A stretch of 61,688 nucleotides of DNA, counting the filler, from Basidiobolus meristosporus CBS 931.73 (Eukaryota; Fungi; Basidiobolomycota): the NCBI GenBank assembly GCA_002104905.1. It is 4 parts of 4 records of this genome, joined end to end, with 100 filler letters (N's around TTAATTAATTAA, not from the genome) between each part and the next. Parts side by side here need not be neighbours in the genome. Positions count along the whole stretch, not along the records: positions 30,960 to 49,238 come from MCFE01001065.1; positions 49,339 to 61,688 come from MCFE01001244.1; 2 more parts are not named here. One strand, written 5' to 3'. Positions 46,801 to 58,854 of the stretch are shown piece after piece; position 1 is the stretch's first letter, and each line of letters opens with the position of its first letter. Made by a program: the position numbers and the translations under genes. Below the pieces are notes generated by a model. It did not search any database, had not been told where the DNA came from, and worked only from the letters and a program-made list of their open reading frames with translations.

Positions 46801-49238
46801 CAGACATGAGACTGAATTTCAGCATGCTAATTTTCTTACTGACAGCAGCCACTGGTTGCCCACAGACATGTGATTGAATTTCAGCATGCTAATATTCTAT
46901 CTGAGAGCAGCCACTGGTTGCCCACAGACATGTTACTGAATTTCAGCTTGCCAGTTTTCTTACTGACAGCAGCCACTGGTTGCCCACAGACATGTGACTG
47001 AATTTCAGCATGCTAATATTCTATCTGAGAGCAGCCACTGATGCCCACAGACATGTTACTGAATTTCAGCTTGCCAGTTTTCTTACTGAAAGCAGCCACT
47101 GGTTGCCCACAGTCATGTGACTGAATTTCAGCATGCTAATTTTCTTTATGAGAGCAGCCACTGGTTGCCCACAGACATGTGACTGAATTTCAGCTTGCCA
47201 GTTTTCTTACCAACAGCAGCCACTGGTTGCCCACAGGCATGTGACTGAATTTCAGCATGCTAATTTTCTTTATGAGAGCAGCCACTGGTTGCCCACAGAC
47301 ATGTGACTGAATTTCAGCTTGCCAGTTTTCTTACCGACAGCAGCCACTGGTTGCCCACAGGCATGTGACTGAATTTCAGCATGCTAATTTTCTTACTGTC
47401 AGCAGCCACTGGTTGCCCACATACATGTGACTGAATTTCTGCTTGCCAGTTTTCTTACTGACAGCAGCCACTGGTTGCCCACAGGCATGTGACTGAATTA
47501 CAGCATGCTAATTTTCTTTGCGACAGCAGCCACTGGTTGCCCACAGACATGTGACTGAATTTCTGCTTGCCAGTTTTCTTACTGACAGCAGCCACTCGTT
47601 GCCCACAGGCATGTGACTGAATTTCAGCATGCTAATTTTCTTTCTGAGAGCATCCACTGGTTGCCCACAGACATGTGACTGAATTTCTGCTTTCCAGTTT
47701 TCTTACTGACAGCAGCCACTGGTTGGCCCTGAGACAGGTGACTGAATTTTGGCTTGCCAGTTTTTACTGACAGCAGCCACTGGTTGCCCACAGACATGTG
47801 ACTGAATTTCAGCATGCTAATTTTCTTTGCAACAGCAGCCACTGGTTGCCACAGACATGTGACTGAATTTTGGTCTGCCAGTTTTGTCACTAACAACAGC
47901 CGCTGGTTGCACTGAGACATGTGACTGAATTTCAGCATGCTAAATTTCTCTGTCATAGCAGCCACTGGTTGCGTACATACATGTGATTGTATTTCAGCTT
48001 GCCAGGTTTTACTGACAGCAGCCACCGGTTGCCCACCAACATGTGACTGAATTTCAGCATGCTAATTTTCTTACTGACAGCAGCCACTGGTTGCCCACAG
48101 ACATGTGACTGAATTTCAGCTTGCCAGTTTTCTTACCGACAGCAGCCACTGGTTGCCCACAGTCATGTGACCAAATTTCAGCTTGTTTTCTTACTGACAG
48201 CAGCCACTGTTGCCCTGAGACAGGTGACTGAATTTTGGCTTGCCAGTTTTTACTGACCAGCAGCCACTGGTTGCCCACAGACATGTGACTGAATTTCAGC
48301 ATGCTAATTTTCTTTATGAGAGCAGCCACTGGTTGCCCAACAGAACATGTGACTGAATTCAGCATGATAATTTGTCCTTACTGATAGCAGCCACTGGTTG
48401 CCCACAGACATGTGACTGAATTTCGGCTGCCAGTTTTACTGACAGCAGCCACTGGTTGCCCACAGACATGTGACTGAATTTCAGCATTGCTAATATCTTA
48501 TCTGAGAGCAGCCACCTGTTGCCCCAGACATGTGACTGAAATCAGCATGCTAATTTTCTTACTGACAGCAGCCACTGGTTGCCCACAGACATGTGACTGA
48601 ATTTCAGCTTGCCAGTTTTTACTGACAGCAGCCACTGGTTGCCCACAGACATGTGACTGAATTTCCGCATGCTAATTTTCTTTCTGAGGGCAGCCACTGG
48701 TTGCCCGCAGACATGTGACTGAAATTCAGCATGCTAATTTTCTTACTGACAGCAGCCACTGGTTGCCCACAGACATGTGACTGAATTTCAGCTTGCCAGT
48801 TTTTACTGACAGCAGCCACTGGTTGCCCACAGACATGTGACTGAATTTCGCATGCTAATTTTCTTTCTGAGGGCAGCCACTGGTTGCCCACAGACATGTG
48901 ACTGAATTTCAGCATGCTAACTTTCTTTCTGAGAGCAGCCACTGGTTGCCCACAGACATGTGACTGAACTTTCAGCTTGCCAGTTTTCTTACTGACAGCA
49001 GCCACTGGTTGCCCACAGACATGTGACTGAATTTCAGGATGCTAACTTTCTTTCTGAGAGCAGCCACTGGTTGCCCACAGACATGTGACTGAATTTCAGC
49101 TTGCCAGTTTTCTCACTGACAGCAGCCACTGGTTGCCCACAGACATGTGACTGAACTTCAGCATGCTAATTTTCTTTCTGAGAGCAGCCACTGGTTGCCC
49201 ACAGACATGTTACTGAATTTCAGCTTGCCAGTTTTCTT
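43860..49238. repeat. Satellite array, about 62-bp unit, roughly 85-90 copies, with higher-order variants; runs into the gap
   Basis: Consensus ctgacagcagccactggttgcccacagacatgtgactgaatttcagcatgctaattttctta. The period was measured from cactgg at 44641, 44703, 44765, 44827 and 44889. Confidence 0.97.
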
Positions 49239-49338
49239 NNNNNNNNNNNNNNNNNNNNNNNNNNNNNNNNNNNNNNNNNNNNTTAATTAATTAANNNNNN
49301 NNNNNNNNNNNNNNNNNNNNNNNNNNNNNNNNNNNNNN
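49239..49338. other. Artificial contig linker
   Basis: 44 N + TTAATTAATTAA (49283-49294) + 44 N. Confidence 0.97.
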
Positions 49339-49515
49339 GCCTGACAGACAAGCTACTGGGCCTTGTATTGGCCCCAGAATCCAGAACCAGGGATTTGATC
49401 TTAAATTACATGTATAGAAGGCTCCTGGACAAAGAATTAAGACACTCAAGCACCAATAAAAAGGACAAAGACAATGCTTTGATAAGCAATGATAACTAGC
49501 AAAGAAGGTACCTGA

Positions 49516-49872
49516 TGTGAGTACTAAATGCAGTACCCACTCTTTGCCCAAGAGTTTTCCTCAGAGTCATACCTGAAGTCCCCCAGTATCCTCCCTGTGA
49601 TTCCCCCACATGCCCTCGCTGCTATCCCTGCCCTTATCCAGTTAGAACACTTATCATAACAGGTAGGTGTTCACACCCCTATTTTATGACACATTGTTTA
49701 TTATCTAAGCCCCCCCAAGTGATATATATATCTACCCAATTGAACCAAGTGAGAGAAGGGGATTTGGCCAGAATAAACACAAGTCTTTATTACCTTGCTA
49801 CCTTCTATTGGAAGCTATTCTGAACCAAGTGGTACTGACTTGACCTACAAGTTCTCCCACTCACCAAGTACA
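49516..49872 (+). repeat. 5' LTR-like direct repeat (TGT...ACA)
   Basis: Aligns along its whole length with 60599-60955. Confidence 0.85.
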
Positions 49873-49893
49873 GCCAGTAATAACCCACATATC

Positions 49894-49905
49894 TGGTGCC
49901 ATCTC
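49894..49905 (+). other. Candidate primer-binding site complementary to the tRNA-His 3' end
   Basis: TGGTGCCATCTC is the reverse complement of ...GAGAUGGCACCA, the yeast-type tRNA-His 3' end as recalled from memory. It sits 21 nt after the repeat end. Confidence 0.55.
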
Positions 49906-50108
49906 TGCAGAAATAAGCACAAGTGAGGTAATGACTACTACAATCAAACTAAAATGTACAAGGGAAAGAGAGAAAAAGCTCTTGAGTGGTTCAATAAGTT
50001 TGAGAGAGTTGTGGTTGATGCAGGATGGGATGACAATAAGAAAGTAAGGGAGCTTGCAAGACATATGGAGGGGTCAGCATGGTGATGGCATTATGGGTTG
50101 GAAGACGC

Positions 50109-51188
50109 TGTGGTGGTGTATAAGTCCAAAGGGCAAAATACGGCCAACACTTCTCAAGTGTGAATGTGTGTGGGGTGTTCACTGGGTGCGATAACCTCTG
50201 GCAAAAGCTTGCTAGGAATACTGGGTCTTTTGTCTAATCTAATGTGATGGGGGATAAAGCCTCAAGCTTGTCAAGGGAAAACTATTGAACTACAATCCCC
50301 AACTTAGTTGGCGTCTTAACAAAAGTTTATAATGGCTTCGACGTCCTTTGAGATGACAATGTACTAAAGCTTCCAAAGTCAAAACAACTGTAAACTCCAC
50401 CAACAGGGACTTGATAAGAATGCAGCTTTGACCAATAGTTACAAAGACTGAAAAGTATCTTTGCCTGTACAAGAACAAACTTGGGAAAACAAACAAATAT
50501 AATAAAATATACCTACTCTGAGTATTCCTCACAAGTAGTGCCTCCAAGGTCAGTTGGCTGTCAGCGCGGTTTCCTGGGAGTGTCGTCAGGTCTGAGTCAG
50601 AAAATAGTGGTAATAGGTAGCGGTGATCTCACTAATCAATAAGTCGGAATATTGGAAGAGGGATGATTTATTTTAAGGGATAGCCTCCCTTATATACTTT
50701 TTTGCTGCTCAATTTCTTGCTAGAAAATACTTTCCGGAAGTTTCCAGAAGGTAGTAGACAACCAATCATGTCTTTGTGTACTAAAAATAGCGCAAATTCT
50801 TGGCGGATTGTTCCATGAGACATAGTAGCACCTAGCCAATCAGGTAGTGGTAACATGAAACCTCTGTGTCATGTGGTTGCCTCTTATGGTAGTGAGATGG
50901 GGGGATTAAGAAACCAAGATGGTCACGTGACATGGGTACTGTTGGGGTACTTGCCTTATAAGGTAACTATCTTATCTTGGCATCTCGGCAAGGGATAAGA
51001 ATAGCTTGTGCAATGGGTTAATAGTGACAAATAGTTTGTCAGGTTGCATAGTAATAATCACATAGACAAAAATAGGAAATATTGCAAATTTGGGACAATA
51101 ATAATATAGGCGGGGTAATCCTTTTTAGGGAAGTGAATGCATAAGAATGAGCACATCTGCCTGTGGGTGTCACTGTGACCCCACTACA
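50109..51188. mobile_element. 1080-bp solo LTR inserted in gag
   Basis: Termini TGTGGTGG...CCACTACA, 4-bp TSD ACGC (50105-50108 and 51189-51192). Removal restores the in-frame gag GLEDADNNNWDSLEEAYKTHF. Contains the palindrome GTCACGTGAC at 50922-50931. Confidence 0.9.
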
Positions 51189-52533
51189 ACGCAGACAACA
51201 ATAACTGGGATTCACTAGAAGAAGCATACAAGACACACTTTCTATATACCAAAGGATACTACAACAAAGCCCTTCTACTGTCCTCACAGAAGAAAAGCAG
51301 TGAGAGCTATGAAGCCTACACTGAACTGTTTCTCTAACAAGTTTGATATCTCCCATAGGAAGAAATTGCCAAACAACAGCTCATGAGGTATTACATCATG
51401 GGCTTAGATGACAAAATAAGACATAGGGCATCCAAAGAACAACAGGGATGCAAAATGTTGCAAGAGTTGGTCAAACAAGTACAAGGGGTCATCTTGCTAT
51501 GGGGGCTACCCTATAGTTATACAAATAATTGAAGGACAGGGATCCCCTGTAAGAAAGGAAAAATAGGCTCCCCAAAAGACCATGAGTTAGAGGAATTACG
51601 GCAAAAAGTCCACAAACTCTCAATCAACAATCTCCAAGAAATCCCCAAAGAAGGTGATAAACTCTGGGAAGCTGTTGTAGATTTAAAGGCCCAGGTACAA
51701 GCCCTGACCTAACAGATGGAACAACCGCAACAACAGTACTCATGTTATGTATGTGGAGAAGTAGGCCACCAAGCCCACAAATGTGAAAAATGGTACAAAC
51801 AAGAACCTGTACCAGACACAAAAGAGAAGGAGGCATCAAAAGACAGTGTCCCTTGCCAGGAGGCCAACAGGACTCAGTCAATTTAAGCCCTCCGGTCAGA
51901 ACAGTCATAGTGCAGAAGAAGAAGCATTGACGTGATGCTTCTAGAGAGGAGGCAAAGGAACCTGTAGTAGAGGTTCTGTCAAAAGGAAAGAATTCCAAAT
52001 TAGGTGAAGTGGTACAGAATGAGCCTTGGGAAGAAGTGTTGAAGCAAACAAAGAATGCTAATACATCTTCCCATGGCCTATTTGACATAATGAAGGTACT
52101 AGAGCAAACCAAGGCAACCCTCCCAGTAACCAATTTACTGGGACTGGCCCTGGCTCTAGTCAAGGAACTGATATAGGAATTGAAGGAGATAACAACCCTT
52201 CATGTCAGCCAGATGGGTCTGCAAAAACCAAATAAAGGTGCATATGTAAAGGTATGTATAGAGAATAAGGATATTCTTGCCCTTATTAACACAGGATCCC
52301 CTACATTGATCATGTCAGAATCATTAGCAAAATGTCTAAAGTTAGATATAAGACTTGTTCTGTTGGATAGTGCCACATAGTGCCAGCCTGTTTATAGTGC
52401 CGGATCAACCTGGCACTCTACGGCACTATCTGGCACTATAATTTCTACCATGATGCCAGTAGTATGATACAGTTACTGGTAATTTTACTCAATCTTACTT
52501 ACGTTGCTCAGAATAGTGCTTTCTTTGCTTTAT

Positions 52534-53460
52534 TTACTCTTCATAATGCTCCAGACACATTTCTCTCAGTGGATGTCTTCTTGTATGAAAATACTGTGCA
52601 TTAATAAGTATCTTAACTATTTTACCTATCCTGCTGTTTTCACCTATATATGACTTTCCTCTGTATTTACCTGCCAATATGCTGAATCTCTTCAGATATC
52701 CAAATGTGTGCTCTACCCTCACTCTGAAATGATTAAATATCTCATTGTAGAGCTTCTGCTTCCTGCTAAGCACACCATTCCTTGGCTTCCTATAAGCTGT
52801 AATACATCCTAATCTCTGACAATCCTCTCCTATATAGGCTAAGTCTGCCATACATTTCTCCCCTCTACTGAATTCAGGATGATTCTCTACCCAGAGTGCT
52901 TTGTCATGCCTACTTCCAGCAAATGGCCCACTAAACCAGATGATGTTACCCTCAATGTCAGACAGTGCTTGAAACTTCACACAGTGTGCCTTGTACTTGC
53001 CAGAATAAAAGTGCCTCTGCCCTCTAGAAGGTCTGTTAATCCTCACTGGGAAGGTATCCAAAATACTCCTGATATGGAACCTGTTGCTGAACACTCTGGG
53101 ATATGGAAGTCTATTGAAGCTTCTGAACCTAGTATTGCAAGCTTGCTCTAAGTCATTCATACCCTCTGCAAGGTGGTTCTCCATTGCTGTCAGCTGGGAA
53201 TGAAAGCTTCTAGGACTTTTGTTGCCATGGATGGTGGGATGAAACCTTGTAGGGCAATAGTTCTTGTAATAGCAGAGAAGCTTAACAAGAGATCTCCTTG
53301 AGTAGATTGGGGTTGATGGTCCACAGTACTTGGTATAGATCTCCTCCAGTGTGTCAAAAGGAAATCCAGTGGTAGTGATGGGATTGATGAGAAAAGACCA
53401 TTCAGATGAGTAAGTCATATTAAAATTGATGGATGATCGTATAAAGGCGGTTTGAATCAA
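52534..53460 (-). CDS. DDE transposase (DDE_Tnp_4 / IS5-Harbinger type), 308 aa, open frame
   Basis: ILDTFPVRINRP...YSGKYKAHCVKFQ...GSRHD...MADLAYIG...YNEIFNHFRVRVEHTFGYLKRF.IL. The track start is non-ATG, so the true 5' end is uncertain. Confidence 0.9.
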   Translation of the reverse strand: MIQTAFIRSSINFNMTYSSEWSFLINPITTTGFPFDTLEEIYTKYCGPSTPIYSRRSLVKLLCYYKNYCPTRFHPTIHGNKSPRSFHSQLTAMENHLAEGMNDLEQACNTRFRSFNRLPYPRVFSNRFHIRSILDTFPVRINRPSRGQRHFYSGKYKAHCVKFQALSDIEGNIIWFSGPFAGSRHDKALWVENHPEFSRGEKCMADLAYIGEDCQRLGCITAYRKPRNGVLSRKQKLYNEIFNHFRVRVEHTFGYLKRFSILAGKYRGKSYIGENSRIGKIVKILINAQYFHTRRHPLREMCLEHYEE

Positions 53461-53870
53461 TTTGGCGCGATCTTTGTTATTTATCTGATTTTTAACACAT
53501 TATGGTTAAATCTCCATCAATTGCCATGTATCCCATCATTATGTCGCAAAAATCATCCGCAAACAATGCCTTGGTACTTTTATTGATGCTTTAATCATAG
53601 GTCTATAATCAAATAGGAAATCTGCAATTGATGTGATCTGATCTGTGTCAACACAATCCAAGATGCATCATGCATAATATATGGAAAACTCAACAATCAC
53701 ATTAGTTTTCATATATATTTCATATAAGACCAGGTTGATGCCAATATACTGCTGTATAAGTATCCAAATCCGTTGCTATGGTCCCCATACCAAGCCTCAA
53801 CTCATCTTTAGTACAACCCAGACAAAACCCATCCCCCAGCTCACAAGCACGGTCTGGACCGGAAAAGTCA

Positions 53871-54953
53871 ATGTCAGATCCGTTTGAGTTCTTGCCAAAT
53901 GATTTTAGTATGGCCCAAGTGTCTATGATGAGCCTTCATACAGATATTTGGGCACTACTGATTAATCTAGCAGAACTAGATACCTCAGAGAGTTGACAAA
54001 GATGGAAGAATTTGAGTAAAAAGCTGTGGCATGAGTTCTACATCAAGATGCCAGCCGATGTATGTAAAAAGATATATAACAAGACAAGTATTGAAATCAA
54101 GAATGAGCTGAGAGTGAGGGGATTTGATGAAGAAGCCGCGCGGGAACAATTTCGCGCGCAATTTGCACAGTACGGGCCGGATGCGTCCATTTGTGCCTCA
54201 ACTTTGGGAACCAAAGAGATTTTGAATGAGTTTTTGCCTCAAATGACTAATGTACTACGTGATATATTAGTAGAGCTAAGTGGCTTCCAAGAGCAATATA
54301 CACAGGACTCATCCAGGCAATAGCTCCAAAGTATCAGACAGAGGGTAAGTGAATACCTTGAGGAATCAGATGGTGAGCTTCAGGAGGAAGAATACAGACC
54401 ACAAGCAACATTGTCCAGATTGAGCCAGCACGCCTTGCTGGATTCCCTATCGTCTCTTGCAACCACAGCGCGCCGGCGCACGTCAGTCCAAACCACGCCA
54501 ACACCCTTTACCAGAACGCCCCGCGTCGAGTCAATGTGCGTTGGGTCAACGCGCGCGCTTCAGAGCAAAACTACAAGAACTTGCCAAACTGCTCATTTAG
54601 ATACGAGTCCATTGGAGCGGACTGAGTTGCATCAACATGCGGCATCACATTGAACTCAGCCAAGGGCCATCTCAACGCGTCAAGGCGTGCCTGTGCGTGC
54701 CGTTTTGCCCGACCATCAGCGAGTTACTTCTGGTGAACTGACTGATGATGACCAACATGAAGTGCCTCAACCACCGGAGCCCTTGGAAGTAAAAGAACGC
54801 GTCAGCGCGTGGCACTACAGGCCGGCTCAGTTGGTTCAGTTGGAGCAATTCAGCGCGGCCAAGCTGCAGCATTGCACTCATCAACTAGGAGGCAAAATAT
54901 TGACTACGAATACACAAGTAGCCAAGATGATAGTCAGCCAGGAAGTAGTATAG
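53871..54953 (+). pseudogene. Second (accessory) gene of the Harbinger-like element, 360 codons, three premature stops
   Basis: Track ORFs 53778, 54012, 54411 and 54687 are all in one frame. They are separated by TGA 53994, TAG 54321 and TGA 54651, each explainable by a single C>T. Includes RWKNLSKK. Confidence 0.7.
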
Positions 54954-57900
54954 GTGTGCAAAGTGAGTCACTACTAAATGCTTCAGTAGTAATCCCTGTG
55001 AGAAAAAGACCCAGGAGAAGATGATGCGATTGCTTTGAATTGCTCACATTTGTAATGATCCCAACAACCCTTTTTTTTTGCGATCCAAATTGAGCCATCA
55101 CAAATCAGTGATCATCAAATTTTTGATATAAGTAATATGAAGGTTGTCTCACATTTGAGACAGAACCCCTATAAATAAGCACCCTGCATATATATACGTC
55201 ATCTGTAATACCAGTGCAGCAATTGGATCTGTTTTGCACCTACATGATTGCTTGCGTGCTAGCTATGACACCTAGCCCAATCACTAGGATCAGGGATTTA
55301 CTTGCTCAATGGGCAAAATGGGATATTTGATGGCAAATCAGGTAGCTTTTTCAGTAGTCAATGAGCCAATTGGGGGCTGCCAGCTTCAGGATACTTTTGG
55401 ACCAATTAACCACTGAGATACCATCCAAATGGAGTGAGGGTAACCAAAATGGTAAGTATCAGTATAGTTTATAGTGTGATACACATTTATTTCCATTTAC
55501 ATTAAAGAAACATATCCAAATACCGGATTTTACCTGCCATTATAGCGGTATCCAATTGCGCACATGATGCAAACATTACGAGTTGGCGCAATCATCCGTG
55601 CCAACCTCATCATGTCAGATTGTGCCATAGTGTGCAAGATTGTCCCGCATTGTGCGAAATTGTCCAAGAACAATCCTGCCTTCTGGTAGCTATGATATTG
55701 CGCCCAATCATTCTTTGCAACCACGGATTGCGCCGCGCACCCTGGCACGGTACAATGGAACAAGTCTATAGTCCCCAACAACACCATTTGGGTATGGCTA
55801 GCAAATGACCAACTGGACACAATAGTAGGAGTGGTGCCTAATTGCCCATCTGGCTAGGCAACTTGACTATACACCAAGATGTTGTGGTTCTACTTGTTGC
55901 AGCCAACAACTTACTCATTGGTGAGAGTTGGTTTATCCAACATAAGATGGATATACTTTACAGTGCATCTGGGCTCAGGTGTGATACCAAGAGTATCCCA
56001 CTGATTTATATCACCATTGAGAACAAGGCATGTAGCAACAGTGTGACAATCAAAGAGGTGTAACCATTGCAGTCTCCAACCATCCCACAAAAGGTGATAA
56101 AGATATCACCTGCCAGTGAGACAGTGATCTCATTAGAGACACCAATTGCTTATTTGACAAGCAGAAGAATGATAACCACAGCAAAGACAGCCAAGCAACT
56201 TGAAGGAATATCAATCCCTAAAGTATGGATACCACCAAAATTTGAGCCGCAAAGTCTGAAGTGTTTAGTGGTTAACAATGGGCAACACACAGTGACACTG
56301 CCTAGAGGAGTGCCATTGTTAAACCTAGAGGAAGTCAACAGAAACAACCAAGGACCACCTACAAACAAGGAACCAGAAGAAGAACTCCCCAAACTAGGTG
56401 TGGACCCTGGTCTACTGCCTACATTACAAGAAAAGTTCCTTGAAGGAATACATCCGCTTGCCCAAGTATTCTCTAAGAACCAAGTAATTGGTCATATACC
56501 TGGGGTATATCACTAAATCCACCTTGCCAACAAATACCGCATCAAGCAAAAAGCCTATAGGAACTCAAAAATTGACATGGACTATATCAAAGAGACAATT
56601 GAAACTTTAATAAAAGACAACTTCATTACAGAGAGCCAGTCTCTGTGGGCCTCCCCTGCAGTCATAGTCCCAAAGAAAGACAGAACGCAACACTTTTGCA
56701 TTGACTACCAAAAATCAAATGCCGTCACCTGGAAGGATGTGTATCTGCTACAACAAATAGACAACCTCTTGGACAGATTAATTGGAGCTAAATATTTTAG
56801 CTCTCTGGACTTACTCTCCAGGTATTGGCAAGTAGAAGTAGCCCCAGAAGATCAACCCAAATCTGCTTTTATAACATTGTTTGGATTATACAAATGGAAC
56901 CAACTACCCTTTGGCTTGTGCAATGCCCCTGCTATGTTTCAAAGGATGATCAAGAAGGTTCTAGGAAGTCTACAATGGGAATGAGCTCTTGTGTATCTGG
57001 ACAACATCACAATATATTCCCCCAATGTAGAAGAACATATACACAATGTGCAATATATCCTGACAGCCCTCCTCAAGAACCAACTCAAACTGCATCCCAA
57101 GAAGTGCCATTTCCTGTATACAAAAGTGTTCCTGGGCCACAAGATCTTGGCAGATGGAATATACCCATCTACTTCACTCCTGAAAGCTGTTCAAGATACA
57201 CCTGCACCAAAAGGTATTAATGCAGTGTTGGGATTCCTAGGATTAGCCGGCTACTATTGCTGCTTTGTCAAGAACTTTGCAACAATAGCAGCCCCCTTAT
57301 GTAAATTGACGCAAAAAGGCCAGTGTTTTGTGTGGTTGGAGCCTCAAAAGAGAGCTTTTCATCAGCTGAAACATTCCCTGCCGTCACCACCAGTGTTACG
57401 TTTCCCCAGTTGGGATACAAGATCTTTTATTAACTGTGATGGAAGTCTCACCGCTATAGGTGCTGTACTGGGACAAGACCACCAACCCAGCAAATTCCAC
57501 CCAATAGTTATGTGAGCTATTTGCTAAACAAACATGAGCATCACTACCCTGTTACCAAAATAGAATGTCTGGCTGTTGTTTATTCAATTAAACAATTCCA
57601 TACATACGTACATGGTTGTCAATTCACAATAGTAACCGACCACAGTGCACTGGTCTGGCTGATGAAAACTAAAGACTTTATTGGTTGACTAGCACATTGG
57701 GCCCTCCAACTACAAGAATACTACTTCAAATAATTCATTGCACTGGCAAGAAGCGCCAAGATGCAGACTTCCGCAGTTGTTATCCTGTTTGCCAAGTACA
57801 CATCAGCAATGACTATGAGGATGTAATCTGCTTTAAAAGAAGAGGGAAGTATCCCAAATATAATGCTACAAACAAGCAGAAGAGAGACTTTTGAAAGAAA

Positions 57901-58643
57901 TGATGTCAGTGCAAAGTGCAAGAAAACCAATTATGGTTCCTTCAAGGACAGTTGAGAGTCAAGGTACCCCCGGTAACTGCCTGCAAAGAAATCATACAAG
58001 AAAGACATATGTCATTAGGGCATGTTAGTCCCCTAGCAACATACGAGATGTTAAGAAAGACATTTTATTGGAAAAAATGATGACCAATGTTGTGAACACA
58101 CTGCAAAGATGCTCCACCTGCAAAAGATTTAACCAGAGTAAGAAGATAGGCACAACCACACCAATGCTGCTTGACCTACCCTTCCACCAGGTAGGGATCA
58201 ACCTTGTTGACCCCTTTATGAAAACAAAGAAAGGAGAATGATACATAATAATTGCTACCAATTATTTCTCAAAGTGGGTAGAAGCCCAAGCCATCCAAAA
58301 TAAAGACCAGAAGACAACTGCCCAATTCATTCTAGAACACCTTATCTGCCGGCACAGATATCCTCAGATACTCCTGTCCAACAATGATGGCTCCTTCCTG
58401 AACAACACCGTGACCCATTTGTGCAAAGTGATGGGCGTGAAACAGGTCTTCACGGCTGCGTATCACCCCCAGACCAATGGATTACCAAGAGGATGAACCA
58501 GACATGTTGCCACATACTTGAGAAGCTCCACTGGGAACTTCCCCAATCATGGGTCAAGCTACTCCCACTGACACTCCTACCAATATGTACAATACCAAAT
58601 AAAACAACAGGTTTCTCCCCATACAAAGTTCTGTATGGACAAA

Positions 58644-58854
58644 AGACTTGTTCCATCATTCCAGCTGATCATAGTGCCCAATAGTGCCATAGCATGCCAG
58701 ATGGTGCCTGATCATGCCACAGAGTGCCAGATGGTGCCATACAGTGCCAATTTGGGATCAAAATTGACATGCATATAACCCTAAAATATCAAATTAATAA
58801 CAAAATATACAGCACTCTCTGGCACTATGATCAATGGCATAATGGAACAAGTCT
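58644..58854. mobile_element. 211-bp MITE of the same Harbinger-like family, inserted in the Gypsy integrase
   Basis: TIR AGACTTGTTCCAT...ATGGAACAAGTCT, TSD AAA, same subterminal repeats. Removal restores SPYKVLYGQTPK. Confidence 0.9.

Larger units (their letters stand above)
52351..55767. mobile_element. PIF/Harbinger(IS5)-like two-gene DNA transposon, 3417 bp, inserted in the Gypsy protease
   Basis: TIR AGACTTGTTC...GAACAAGTCT, 3-bp TSD ATA (52348-52350 and 55768-55770), and about 10-bp subterminal repeats (atagtgcca/ggcactat). Removal restores in-frame LKLDIVPNNTI. Confidence 0.9.

Noticed and set aside
45352-49005. Repetitive ORFs (QSHVCGQPVAAV...) on the minus strand
   Set aside because: Translations of the 62-bp satellite; the period is not a multiple of three.
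43860-49238. CRISPR-like appearance (conserved dyad-containing repeat plus variable segment)
   Set aside because: The variable parts are only about 17 bp, recur many times and are homologous to each other. There are no cas genes and the context is eukaryotic. It is a satellite.
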